A stretch of DNA of 64,000 nt from Octopus sinensis (lineage: Eukaryota), in assembly GCF_006345805.1 (NCBI RefSeq), contig NC_043002.1, positions 64,232,001 through 64,296,000 on the forward strand, written 5' to 3'. Below are positions 38,730 to 52,587 of the stretch, in pieces. Made by a program: the position numbers and the translations under genes. The stretch's first letter is position 1. Every line of letters begins with the position of its first letter. The notes below the pieces were generated by a model. That model was not told the DNA's origin. It made no database searches and saw nothing but the letters and a program-made list of their open reading frames with translations.

Positions 38730-39541
38730 TCAGTGGTCTTATCAATAAGTATCAGGACTGTTGCCGTAGTAATGACGTTAAAGCACGCAGAGTAAAGCCA
38801 CTTAGCACAGGTTGACCTTCAGCATTGTTGTGCATGCGCACTGAGTTTTAACGTTCTAGATTGCTTTTGCTACTTTCAGTAAGATGTGTGGCGTGTGATC
38901 GTCGCATTGAACATCACATTGAAAGTTGAGCAGATTTTGCCAAAAGCTTGGCGATAGCTGCTCAGAGGCCTAGGCAATTTTTTCAAAAAAGTTTTCATCG
39001 TTCTCGACGCAATCAAGTAGATCTTGTGTAACCGAAACCCGAGTATCTTTTTAGACAGCTAAAAGCATTTTTGGCACAAAGACGACAGCCACGAGTCTCA
39101 TACACATGTCTTCAGTGATAATGGACTCAACTAATCTGCGCATCCTCTGTTAACTCACAGATCGTGATTCGACGCTTTCCTCTCACAGCTGCACATCTGC
39201 GATGTTTTATTCTCAGTTCTGCTGGATGCGGTTCTCCCTGAACTTTCGTCAATATCGAATTTTCTTCAGCCATTTTGGAAACGTCTGAACCACTCGTACA
39301 TTTGTATGCGGCTCAGACCCTCTTCTCCATACACTTTGTGCAGTACAACTTTCTCTTTCATGATCAATGAGACGATCACACCCTAGGCATACGAAGCACA
39401 ACTGTAAAGTGACCAGGATTGATAAAACTTAGTGCACAAGCACACCCGATTTCAAAGTCAAACTTTGCCAAGCGGCTTTACTCTGCCTACTTTAGCTTCT
39501 TTACTATGGCAAGAGTCCGGATACTTATTGATCAGACCTCT
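38730..39541 (-). mobile_element. Non-autonomous mariner with ~70-bp TIRs and an internally inverted transposase 5' region
   Basis: Left gtggtcttatcaataagtatcaggact...agagtaaagcc pairs with right ggctttactct...gtccggatacttattgatcagacctc; TA flanks; HTH remnant MYEWFRRFQNG on minus. Confidence 0.85.
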
Positions 39542-39585
39542 TATGTTTGACAAGTTCCCCGGTAATGTATTTTGGCGCAAGTAGA

Positions 39586-39884
39586 TTGTTGTTTGTTCCT
39601 TCTCGAGCCACACCTAGCTCATAAGGGCCGGTTTCCTGGTTTCCTTGGCGTTTAGGTCCCCCACCTGTACGGGATGCTGGTCCATCGCAGATGAGCTGAT
39701 AGATGCAGGAGAAAGGAGTGAGAGAAAGTTGTGGCGCAAGAGTCAGCAGAAGTTCGCCATATCCTTCTGCCTGAGCCGCGTGGAGATTAGATTTTTCGCT
39801 CATAAACACACACATCTTCCGGTCTTAGATTCGAACCCGCGATCCTTCGACCGCGAGTCCGCTACTCTAACCAGTAGGCCACTA
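39586..39884 (-). mobile_element. tRNA-derived SINE with a V-domain-like core and (AAC)n tail
   Basis: Minus head TGGCCTACTGGTTAGAG...GGGTTCGAATC; core CTGCGATGGACCAGCATCCCGTACAGG; tail gaaggaacaaacaacaa. Confidence 0.8.
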
Positions 39885-42476
39885 AGTAGATTGATTATAT
39901 TATGTAGATGCATATAGAAACTGCAAGTAAAAGTAGAGAAACATAGGGGGTACATTATAAAACATACAATCATATATTATATGTAATATAATATATATAT
40001 ATATATATATATATAAACATATATATATAAATACATTTACATAAGAAAGATAGATAGATAGATAGATAGATGTACATATACATTTCGATATACATACACG
40101 TATGTTCATATGAGTATAGGCAGCGCCAATTTTGTATCTACATATACACCCGTCAATCTATACACTTAACAGTTACATACACATCTATGCATGCATAGTC
40201 TTCAGTATACAATACAAATTCATTCTCATAATTTATTGGTGAAGCAGTGGCTTGTGTAGAATACTATATATTGTGTAACCAAACGAAAAGAGCAGAAAAT
40301 TTGTGCCGTGACAAATGCACATAATGGGAAGTGAAGGTCGTTATAATTTGGTTTTGAAAGTAACTCTCCATTAAACATATAAGAAATATACTGGAAACGA
40401 AAAGAATCATGGTGGTCCATTAGTGCCATATTTGTCTAATGATCCGATAAATCTAACGTATTATATCTGATTCTCATTCAGTCTCTACCTCTGAATTACA
40501 CATATATACATATATACATATGTACATATATACACGCGCATATTGTTATAAATTGGACCACCCACTCACATGCATTTGTGTGTATATATTATATATTATA
40601 TATATATATTATATATATATTAATATATATAATATATTAAATATGTATTTGCATGCGTACATGTATATATTAAACAAAAGTATGCGTATGCATAGAGATG
40701 CATATCTACTCGCATATACATCTCTATATGCATACACAGATATGCTGTTTTGTTTTAAAGGATATATTATTTTGTATGCATATATACATAGATATGCATA
40801 TGGATGCCTATAATTATTGTAAGAAATGAGAATATAAGCTTAGCACATTTTATATGCAATAAATAATTAAAGAAATATAACGAAATTGGCATTGGAAAAA
40901 CCCACAACTGAAGGTCAAAGAGAAAAATTAGGCGATAAAATTATGCGCTAAAAAGTAAGGTGGAGTTGCATTTGGAGGTGATTAGATACATAGAGCAACG
41001 ATAATCGTTATTTTGTACCAATTGTTTACCATGCATGCTGATCGCTAATCATTGTTCGAGATCACGAGTAGTCTGGAAGTCAATGTGTTTCAGTCTGAAT
41101 ATAATATTTAGCAATGGAATGCGTGTGGTTCAACAAGAATTAGTATGCCGGCGCCCAGAAAAAAGTAACAGACTTTTCATCTAAACAGGATTTCCAATCA
41201 AGGAAATAGCAATGCATTTTATAAATAAAGAAATATCCCTAAATAATTTATGTGTACGTCATTGTACCAAGTCGGAACTATTGATGTACGTTGTGGGGAA
41301 AATTGCCCCACTATAGTGTAAATGGTTTCAATTCGTTAATTGTTGAAATTCCACTGATTACACAATAACCAGCTGTCTAAGCAAATGGACACTGACGAAC
41401 TGGAAACAAGGTTTGGAAGTTTATCTAAGTGATATGCTGAAGTTGTAATTGCTTCCGCAGAGCTATAGACTACGTCTTTATCTTGACGGACAATATATAG
41501 ACCTTCTTGCGATACACGTCGCTGTGTAGATTTCTACAGAAAATTAATTGAATAATTTTATTTCATGTAACTGTAACCCATTTTAAATTGTAAATTCCTG
41601 TGATATTTGGGATAATCAATTATCTAGATATAATAATATTAAAAAAATACCACCAATTTCACAAAAGATGCAACCAAAACTGAACTGTGCAATTTCATAT
41701 GATTTTGGAAATCTACAAAAGTTTTCATCGATAAAATCACTGCCTCGTTCGAATGAACTTAAAGATCGGTGGAGTAATTGATCGTAGTTAAGTAGGGAAT
41801 TGATAAATAAAATATATCCATTGCGCATGTTCCGTTTCCTAATTGAGCCGACAAAGGTAAAATAGTACATCCAGGTGTGCTTAATGACTGCAACTATATT
41901 TCGAACAATATCTTCACTTAATATTCCCCTAAACGTGAACCTTCAATCATTCATGTAATTATTTATTGAGTGGGTTTGCGTCTGATGTATTTAAAATGAG
42001 GAAATGTTTTGCATAGAGCCTAATCTACACTCTAAATATTGTGTGCCTTCTCTCTGAAAATACTAATCTGCATGACTCTATGCAAACGAATTCGTAAATG
42101 TTACATAAGAGATTACTTCCTCTTTGGGAGATGTAGGAGCCCACACTCCCAGATGTTGAATGGTCGTTCATTCTACTTAGACACATGTGCTGGGTACGAA
42201 AGAGACAATACTATTCATGAATTTACAAATATATGAAACGATGAGTTTGTTTAGAAATTTATATTCTTTATATGTCCATCTATTCGTAACAAACTAGTCG
42301 GAAAATATTTCTCCTATTTGTGGGAAAATGTATTTGTATACATATGTATATATATAATATATAAACATATATATATTTTATTATACATATTGATGATCTG
42401 AGCGCCCTCGCGTCGATTCGATTCGATCCGTTCGTTTCGTTTCTTCTTCTTCTGCCAATACAGTTTATATATATAT

Positions 42477-42538
<62 letters not shown>

Positions 42539-42682
42539 AGATAGAGAGAGACAGGTAGAATAGTTAGTGGGCTATTATGTAGAGGTATGTATGTGTGTGT
42601 TGCGTGTATATACATGCATATTATATATGAGTGTGTTTATGAGAGAAAAACCTAATATATATATATATATATATACATTATT

Positions 42683-42713
<31 letters not shown>

Positions 42714-42718
42714 TATAA

Positions 42719-43112
42719 TTTCAACAATTGAGGGCAAAATTAATTAATTATAATCAATTTCACCAAGTGTTCAGTATGCAAAGGGACCATTCAAGGCGAA
42801 TTCAAATTATTACATTATATAAAAGGGCTTAGTAAAATAAATACTTTGCCGCATACTGAACTCATTAGAAATAGCAGCTAAAAAACTTTTTTAAGCTATT
42901 TCTAATACTTAAAGAAAATCTCTCTCATATATAGTGTTGCTTAATTCAACTCACAACTCCTTACCCCCAAACTTTTGTGAGTTGAATTAAGCAAACACTA
43001 TATATGAGAGAGATTTTCTTTAAGTATTAGAAATAGCTTTAAAAAATTTTTTTAGCTGCTATTTCTAATGAGTTCAGTATGCGGCAAAGTAATTTATTTT
43101 ACTAAGCCCTTT

Positions 43113-43120
<8 letters not shown>
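42719..43120 (-). mobile_element. Second fold-back copy of the 27746 pLTR family (arms 42814-42956 and 42975-43120), truncated before the hammerhead
   Basis: Same sequence as 28240-28471 in reverse; 18-bp spacer; (TA)n on both sides. Confidence 0.88.
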
Positions 43121-43164
<44 letters not shown>

Positions 43165-43368
43165 TATATATATATATATATATTAATATATATATATATA
43201 TAGTATATGAGGAAAAAGAAAATGGAGATTGAGAATTTAATAATTGCTTATTATTCAAACTAAATTAATCATCTTTACTTTCAGCTGTCTAAGTAAGTAA
43301 TCAGTAAACATTAAATAGTAAATTTATATTTATATCACTTAAGCCTAATAACTTCTGAGGAAAGAATT

Positions 43369-43468
43369 ATATCCTTGGATGTTTTATAAATTTATAGATT
43401 CATTATAGCAGTTTTGTGAGTTTGCTATAGTGAATCCATAAACTCATATTAAACATCCGAAAGGATAT
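43369..43468 (+). other. ~100-nt imperfect hairpin
   Basis: atatcctt/aaggatat, ggatgttt/aaacatcc and tttatagattcattatagca/tgctatagtgaatccataaa around a 12-nt loop. Confidence 0.7.
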
Positions 43469-43749
43469 GTCTTCCCCTGAAGATATACATATGAATTTTA
43501 TATCTAATTACAATTTACTGAGTAATAATTGAGACAGCTGTAAGCGAAGATGAACAAATTGCTATTCATAAGAAACAATTATTAACTTCACAATTTCCAT
43601 TTACATTTTTCTTCTTTTATATGAATATAAGCTATATATATATATACACACACTTACCTATTATTTTAAAGAAATTAAATCCCCACGAATTGAACCAGTA
43701 CTTCCTTGGATAAAACCATTCCTTCATGAGATTAACACGACTTATTATT

Positions 43750-43942
43750 ATATTACGGTGATATAAGGCCATAGCAAGTGATCTTATTTGTGATCGTGTG
43801 CCGGAATGAAAGCAATTTTAGAACAGGTCGCGGTCTCAAAGTGACAAAAATATTTTGGCAACTTAAATTTAAATGTTGAAGTGAATCTAACGGTTTTTGT
43901 GTGTTTTTCAATGGCTTATAAACACCGTCCACGATGCAATTG

Positions 43943-43943
<1 letters not shown>
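43750..43943. mobile_element. Rearranged (5'-inverted) copy of the 17850-18062 repeat
   Basis: 43750-43818 is the reverse of 17995-18062; 43820-43943 is a direct homolog of 17870-17998. Confidence 0.65.
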
Positions 43944-44001
<58 letters not shown>

Positions 44002-44162
44002 ATATAATATATATATATTATATATATATATTATATATATAATATATTGTATGTAAGTATGTATCAATGTATGTATGTATGTATACACACAACACAAGTA
44101 TATACATATATCTGTATTCATGGAAATGGATGCGTCGCTTCCAATTAAATAATAAATAATAT

Positions 44163-44207
<45 letters not shown>

Positions 44208-44716
44208 AGAATGGTGAATGTATATAATATACATTTATATATTTATTATACATTTATGCAACTATATATGCAAAAATATATAGATAAAGAAATACATGTA
44301 TATGTCTACATATACTAATAGATATATACACACAACACATACATGCATTCAGAAGGGTGTGTTTGGGTGTGTATGTATATATATATATATAAGTATTGAG
44401 TGTTATGTCTCGGAGCATGTACGCATGTGAGAATTCCTGTTGACACTTAAAGTAGTTTCAGTGGCTCTGTTTAAATAGGTGTGCGTGTTGCCGTATATGT
44501 TTTGTATGCGTGTAATTTGTATGTTTTTTCAGTTAGTAAGTTCGTCTATAACTTTAAGGTTTTTGGAGGGAGGTGAGAACATACTTTTCCTGCTTCCTAT
44601 CACAATTACCGCTCACTTGTCATCCTGTAGAAGTTTTCATAATTACTACTACTGTTTATCGTCGATTTCTTCCTCATTCGTTCAATTTTCCTTCTCCTCC
44701 TCCTCCTATTCTTCTT

Positions 44717-44718
<2 letters not shown>

Positions 44719-44814
<96 letters not shown>

Positions 44815-44846
44815 CATCATTATTATTATTATTGTTGTTGTTGTTC

Positions 44847-44878
<32 letters not shown>

Positions 44879-44913
44879 TCCTTCTCATTATTATCATTAT
44901 TATTATTACTATT

Positions 44914-44978
<65 letters not shown>

Positions 44979-44992
44979 TATTATTATTATAA
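44719..44992. repeat. Compound (ATT)n/(ATC)n microsatellite
   Basis: Direct reading; explains ORFs 44479 and 44573. Confidence 0.97.
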
Positions 44993-45182
44993 TTAATATT
45001 TTCTTTCTTTCTACTTTGAATACACTTTATTTATTTAAAAAATTTTTCTTTTAGGTTTCTCTCGATTTCTCCTTTTTTTCTTCTATGATACTCACTTACA
45101 TTTCTGTAACGAAGTAGGTGTGTGTTCTCTCATCAAATACTCTTGTTTTCTAAATCAACCGCTTTATTTTACTATTACAATG

Positions 45183-45260
45183 ATATCGCCAATGCCCGGT
45201 GGTTGACAATGTCCGAAATATTTCTTTGTTGTCAATCATATATTGAAACGCGTATGATAT
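45183..45260 (+). ncRNA. Decayed hammerhead motif
   Basis: ATATCG...TGATAT stem I; tggttgacaat/gttgtcaatca stem II; GAAAC-GC-GTA at 45245-45254; core CTGATGA decayed to CCAATGC. Confidence 0.35.
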
Positions 45261-45946
45261 GCCTATAGCTATCTATTAGAGAATACAATTGTAATCTTAC
45301 CATTTTAAAGTTTCATTCAGTTCCAGTAACGCCTCCATTGCTGTACTGATTACACACAGTCGATATACATTATATCATTTCCAGATTCCTGCACCATTAT
45401 GCTTTCATTGTGAACAGAAAATATTTGCATGCAGGTAAGTGTGACATAAAGGTAAGGCAAAAAAAAAAAATAAATAAACGTACCTGAATATAAGTTGCAC
45501 ATTTTTGATTTTTATAGATTATTTTTGAATCAATGTTCATTAAAATTTTTAAAAGGAAAATCTAATTTCTTATATAAATAAATATTCAGTTAGTTATTAA
45601 GTTGTTTAGCTCTTTTAAATGAATTGTATTTTCACAATGATTGCTATTCAGTTTAACTGGTCCATGTGCGCTAGCTTTAAATAAGTTTTATTTTACCACG
45701 AATCTATTATGTATTGCTAATGTATTGATTGCTTCATTGCATGTAATAAAGTTTTTTTATAATTTATTTCTTCGTATATTAAAGGCTGCTTTTCTATAAT
45801 TGTATCCATATTTGTAACTATTTCATCTGCGTTGTATTATATTTTCTGTGATTATATTTTCTTTGTAAATTTTATATTAAATATATGAATATATTCATCA
45901 TACATACACACAAGTACACAGAGGGACACACACACACACGCAAATA

Positions 45947-45984
<38 letters not shown>

Positions 45985-45999
45985 TATATATATATATAG

Positions 46000-46039
<40 letters not shown>

Positions 46040-46354
46040 TTGTATATATATGGAGAAGAGAGAGAAAATGAGAGGTTAGAGAGAAGAGAGCTGGACAGAC
46101 AGACATACAAACAGATAGATAGTTAGACTGATAGATAGAGAGATAGATAAATAGGTAGATATATAGATAGATAGAGAGAGAGAGGGAGAGAGAGAGAGAG
46201 AGGGAGAGATAGAGAGATGCTTAAATTGAAATTAACCGGCAGGTGTTTACAACAGTTTAAACACGCATACCAGTTAGATTTCTTTAATCTGCTTAGATTA
46301 AAAGAAAAATAGTATTGACTGAAAGAAACATGCGTAATTATGTTACAATCTGAG

Positions 46355-46520
46355 GCTGAGTTCTGGCAGAAACGTTGCTACGCCGAACAAAACTCTTAAC
46401 CGCGTTCCTTCTTGCTATACATTCTAAGCTCAAATGCTACCGAGGTAGACTATGTCATTCATCCTTTCAGAATCGATAAACTACCAGCTTAGAACGTAAG
46501 GACAGACAAAATACCGCTAA
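46355..46520 (+). mobile_element. Decayed SINE family A (plus) followed by a short inverted family A fragment
   Basis: ttctggcagaaacgttgctacgccg...accgaggtagact...catcctttc, then cttagaacgtaaggacagacaaaataccgctaa. Confidence 0.65.
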
Positions 46521-47169
46521 ATTATATCCCCTAAATTAGGTCTTGTGATAAAATTTGAAACCATTAATATAGTAACATTTAAATTATTTTAGTGACTAAA
46601 AATATATTACTTGCATATAAAATTGAAACTTAATTACCGTATGGTTGCGCCGAGATGCAGTATAGCTGGTAGATAACTCTAATTTTAAAAAATAACTAAT
46701 ACGATATTTCTTCTAAATTTAAAATGCAGACTGTTTCGAGTGAGACGTTGTACTATCAGCTACACCATTACGTCCATTCGTTTATTATTACTCCTTACTC
46801 GAAGAAAATCTGTCTCGTAATATTGAAGAGAAATCAATATTTTAGCATAATCTGATTTGTCATTGCAATTATGATTTCTAATAGTGAGATACATAACTTG
46901 ATACATAGTCATTATCCAATTAATAGAAAGACAGAGAGATCAAATCAGTGATAATCGAATAAACAAAGTAGAACGATATATATACAGTTGGATATGCATA
47001 CATATGTGTGTGCAACTCTGTATGTATGTGCATATATATATATATAGATTATATATATATGTATATATAATTCATATACAATATATCTGAGTATATTCTT
47101 GTGATATGTAATCTCTGTCTCTAATCTCACTTTATTTATCTATAAATCATATGTATATATATTATTATA

Positions 47170-47230
<61 letters not shown>

Positions 47231-47478
47231 TACTACTTGGGGTTGGAGTTATGGCTGCTCTTTCTAGTGGACGAATGGCTGTCTAGACCATTCCTAATTG
47301 TTATATTTATACATATTTGTCTTTGACTATTTTCTCTTTTCCATTAGGCCGCTGGTAGCGATAAATTTTTACTGAATTTTTTGCTACCCTAAATTGATTA
47401 ATTGATAATTTTCTGACTAATTCTGGATTGAATCCGGCAGTTTATATTTGCTGCCGATAAGTTTGGCGCGAATGCGTT

Positions 47479-47578
47479 NNNNNNNNNNNNNNNNNNNNNN
47501 NNNNNNNNNNNNNNNNNNNNNNNNNNNNNNNNNNNNNNNNNNNNNNNNNNNNNNNNNNNNNNNNNNNNNNNNNNNNNN
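47479..47578. other. Assembly gap (100 N)
   Basis: Run of n. Confidence 1.
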
Positions 47579-47935
47579 TTCACATGTATTTGATATTGGT
47601 GGTATAGTTTCATTATATGATAAGTTTCTATTACGTTAACAAGACGTGTGCTTTGAGAACTTTGATCTTGTCAGTGTGTACAAGGAGACAGAGAGAAAGT
47701 ATCGTTTCCATATACGTGCACAAGATTTGATATGTTACCTCTCCACTGCATGAAGTTCTGTCGGGTTTCATGCCCGAAGCTGCTTGTTTATGTAGCTCTT
47801 CTACGCGTAATTTAATATTGGCTCATAAACGCATATATACACGATTTCAAACACACTTATGTGTAAATATATACACGAATATATATCTATATCTATATAT
47901 ACATATCTTTGTATATATATATATATCTATCTGTC

Positions 47936-47984
<49 letters not shown>

Positions 47985-48315
47985 ATATATATATATATAT
48001 ATATAGACAGAGGTAGGGGGAGATTTTGCATGAAAATATACCTGATTCACTAAAACGTGTAGTTTTTCAATTGTGTAATAGGTTTATTCAAATACCAAAC
48101 CGGTATTGGGCATTGAACACAGAAACAGAGTGATGCACGTTAAAAGAAAAACATTATATTAGTTTAAAGCTCATAGACACACACATGCACACATGCATAC
48201 ATGTATATATATATATATATATATACATATATATACATATATATATGTATGTATACGCACATATATAATTGTGTGTGTGCGTGTGTCTTTGTATATATAT
48301 GTGCGTGTGTGTGCG

Positions 48316-48622
48316 GGAAGGTGCATGGCTTAGTGGTTAAGAGTTTTGGGTACGCAGTCGTAAGATCCTGAGTTCAATTCTGGGCGGCCCTTTGTACATT
48401 TGAGCAAGGCACTTTTATTTCACACTACTACGGCAAAAAATGAGTTTCAGCTTTAATTAGAAAAGGCAGCCTTGTTATATTCTGTATCACGTTGAGTCTC
48501 CCTGAGAATTACGTTAACGGTACACGGGACTGTGGCGGACTGACCCACTTGTACGTTATTATCACGAGTGGTTGTTACGTTGCTCGGATCAACTGGAACT
48601 GATATCATCGTAATCGACGGAG
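48316..48622 (+). mobile_element. tRNA-derived SINE (third family)
   Basis: A box TGGCTTAGTGG, B box GAGTTCAATTC, then ttgagcaaggcactt core; ends at a (CA)n tract. Confidence 0.75.
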
Positions 48623-50908
48623 ATCCGCACACACACACCTACATACATATCTTCACACACATATGCACACACACACACACATACATATGTATACGTATTC
48701 TCCATAGCTGTACGATATGAAGTTACATAGATATGCTTAACTGTCTTCTCGGTTAGAATGTATTTTCGGGAGGTGGGAGTTTTATTGAAATAGTTTGCTC
48801 ATTATTATTTTATTTATTTATTTATTGTATTTTAATTGTCAATTTTTACGATGACAATACCGGATATTGGATGTATTTCGTTTTTGTAACTTTAATGCGT
48901 GTAAATCATGTCCATATCTGAAATCTTATGTATGCAATGGAGAATAAAATGCTTTTTCCCACACATTCATCGCATTGTGCAGAAAAATCTGGTTGTGAGA
49001 CTCAATTGCCCAGAAACTGCACAGCTACTACTGCGATTATTATGTTATTTCGTCTATAGAATTCTTCTTGTTATATACATGCTGTGTATAATATATAGCT
49101 CGTTATACCTATATTTGCATTGAACATTGAATATTTTCAGAAATCTATCTAATTTCCTTCTAAAAGAAAGTGCCTACTGAAGAATTTCTATGTAAAGCTG
49201 ATGTACACTCTAGGTATTACACTGATAGCATATATTCCTGTACCTTAAAACTCATTCAACATTGGATACGTGCTACTTATACATTCATATATGGAAAAAA
49301 CTGCAATTCTTCCGCATTCTCAAAATACATTTCGTATCTAAAAGATATTGATATAAATAAATCTAGTGTGAAATTGAACGTAAATGCTAAGATGAAGTTA
49401 TACCATGACAGTGGTATATTATCAGTAATAACCCAATGGAACATAAAATTGAATATTTATGTAATATGTAATATCGGGAGCTGCGATTGGTTATCCTGAT
49501 TCGAAAATGGAACCTGACTAAAACATAAAAAGTTACCATGCGTAGCAGGATTAATCTCTTTTAATCTACCTCATGGAACCTACGAACTATTTTAATAGGC
49601 AATTATATTATTAGAATTTCTTCAGGTTGTATTACGTATTACTTTATTGTTTAAGTTGCGCTAAGTGATGAAGTCTCCACTTTTTTCGACGCTGAAGTAT
49701 ATTTTACACACGCTTGCTTTATTCTGTTGATGTCTCATAATATATATCTCTACAACGCACATAATATAATGTAGTCGTATAGAAGAAGTGGTACGATCGG
49801 GCGCAGCTGTATGGACGTAGATTATTTAGAACGGTTGACTGGTCATTCAGCCGGTTTAAAGTACAGCACAATAAGGCGCTGGAATCTAAGACATACACAC
49901 AAGTACACATGCGCGCACAGAAAAAATATCATGCAACAGGGTATATGAGAGATGGAGGGGGTGAGAGACATTACACATACAAATAAAACAAGATACTTAG
50001 ATATGTAAGTAGATATTAAAATAGAGAGAAGGGAGGGAAGGAGAGAGGGAGAGAAATTGAAAGAAAGGCAGAGAAGCATTACAATCCATTAATTAAACAG
50101 GACTTGCATAAAAAAAATACTCTCTTACCGTACCTATGGAGACAAATACGTTCATTTATGACAAAAGGAGAGAGTAGAGATGAGAGAGGGAGGGAAGAGA
50201 GAGGGGAGAGGGAAGAGAAGAATTGTAAAAAAGCCTAGAATCCTGTGATGTCAAGTAAGTCAGCGTCAAAAAAACTTCATAAAATGGTGGCCTAACCTAA
50301 CAAAAATGGGCCGTCAAACTAGTCGAGCGACTTTGGTTGTCTATGAAACAACGTTCAGTTTCTATTAAAAATATGAAGTATATATATATATACGAATCGA
50401 TTCTTCTAAAAGACGCTGGAAGATGAAAATAAATTTTTACATCGACACGATTTGAACTCCGTGCACTAAGTCCTATGTATTATGATACCAGCAGATCATA
50501 TAGACCATATTGGAAAGGAGATCGAGTGCTTCTGTCAATGCCTTACATATTGCAGTATCGCTCATAAACTGTCTTTATGATGTATTAGTCTGGATCATTA
50601 AAAGACGTTTGTGAAATAAACAGTTTTGTCTCCAACATTTCGAAATTTGATAATGATTTATTATGTATTATAAATGTCAGACAATTATATCAGTTTAAAG
50701 AAACTTTATTGTTGGAGTTCACTTATGTATGCGATGTGCATGTATGTATTTGCATATATATATATATAAATACATATTTGTGTCTGTGTGAGTGTACGTA
50801 CACACACACACATATATATATATATTTATCCGTATATATATACATATACAAATATATGTGTGTATATGTATATATATATATATATGTATATATATATCTG
50901 TGTATATA

Positions 50909-50954
<46 letters not shown>

Positions 50955-51197
50955 CATATATATATTATATATATCATATATATATATATATATATAGGTA
51001 TATACATAAAATTAAGTAAGGGACAGGTGAATATATATAAATTCTATGCATCCTTACACACACGCAAACACTCATATATGTACTGAGATTGAGGCACACA
51101 TTTGTGGATGTAGATGTGTGAATGTATATAGATATATACGAATTTATAAGTGTATAGCTACATAAATAATTCTATATATAGGTATATATGCATATAA

Positions 51198-51239
<42 letters not shown>

Positions 51240-51790
51240 CGCGTTCTGTGCCTATAAAAGTGTCTGTATTCGTATATATTTAAACATATGATCATACAGA
51301 TACATATGTATGCACTCATGTATATATATGCGTGTGTGTATATATGTATATGTGCGTCTGTATGTGTATATGTTATGCAAGTTCAAATACGTTTGTGTTA
51401 GCGAAGTCGGAAATATAGCAATAGCTACACAGGAATTTAATACTTCCGTATGCCTACGTTTTAGTGTATTTGTGCGTGTGTCTGTGAGAAGATAAGTTTG
51501 CATCTGTGGGTATATACGTGTCTATTTTTTCAGTTTGTATGTGCCTTTCTGTCGATAAATCTTACCCGCTGTCTAGCTTTAATTGATAGGTGAGAGGAAA
51601 AGATGAGACAGGGATATAAGTAAACGATATATCAACCAGTATATAAAAGTATACACTAATGTGAAATATATTGTAATGAAAGATCTGGATAATGCTTTCG
51701 AGAAGAAATAAATATATATATATATAAATAGTGTGCGCGTTATATATATATCTATATATCTATATCTCACATACACACATACATACACGC

Positions 51791-51859
<69 letters not shown>

Positions 51860-52587
51860 ATAATATATATATATATGCATATATATATATGCGCGACCGG
51901 TCGTAGGTTAATATTAATAATATAAATCCTACGACACTAAGAAAGCTATTCGTTTCGGTTATATATCTTTCACATAACAAACTCTCACTATGTTGATATT
52001 CTACCTTAGTCTACATGTCCCATCTCCCTCCACCACCTTTTTCTTTATTTCTTTCTATGTCCACCCTTTCACTCTTGTTACTGTTATTGAAGGCGATAGT
52101 ATATATATTTTTTGTATAAACAAAAAGATGAAACAAACATCTCTGTAAAGAAACAGTTAAAAAAACAAACTGGTTATCTAACACATCTTACACTAACCCA
52201 CAAATATATCTTCTTTACTTAGTCTATTATAGGTTAATATATGTGCAGCATTTTGGTGCTCAGTTTCTCTCACCTCAACTCCATTCCTACTCACTCTCAC
52301 CACACTCTCTATCTATCTGTCTATCTTCACACACATATACAAACACACACACATATACATGTATATATATATATATATTTATTGTTGCCTTTAAGATACC
52401 AAACCAATTTACTTAGCCCTGTGCTATAACGTTTACTGTTATCCCCAAATGAAGAATAATGATTGGAAATTCTCTCAGATAACTGGGAAGAGGATACGCC
52501 AATGTGGAATTAGACATCGGTAACGCAAGAAAGTTTACATTTGTATATAGAATTCCTTATAAATAAATCTATATATACATACATATA

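Noticed and set aside
39840-39884. tRNA-like A/B boxes here and at 48325-48385 and 13895-13925
   Set aside because: No complete cloverleaf; they are SINE heads or fragments, not tRNA genes.
41459-41527. Exon-like SYRLRLYLDGQYIDLLAIHVAV after ttccgcAG
   Set aside because: It ends in a stop with no credible donor; too short for a domain call.
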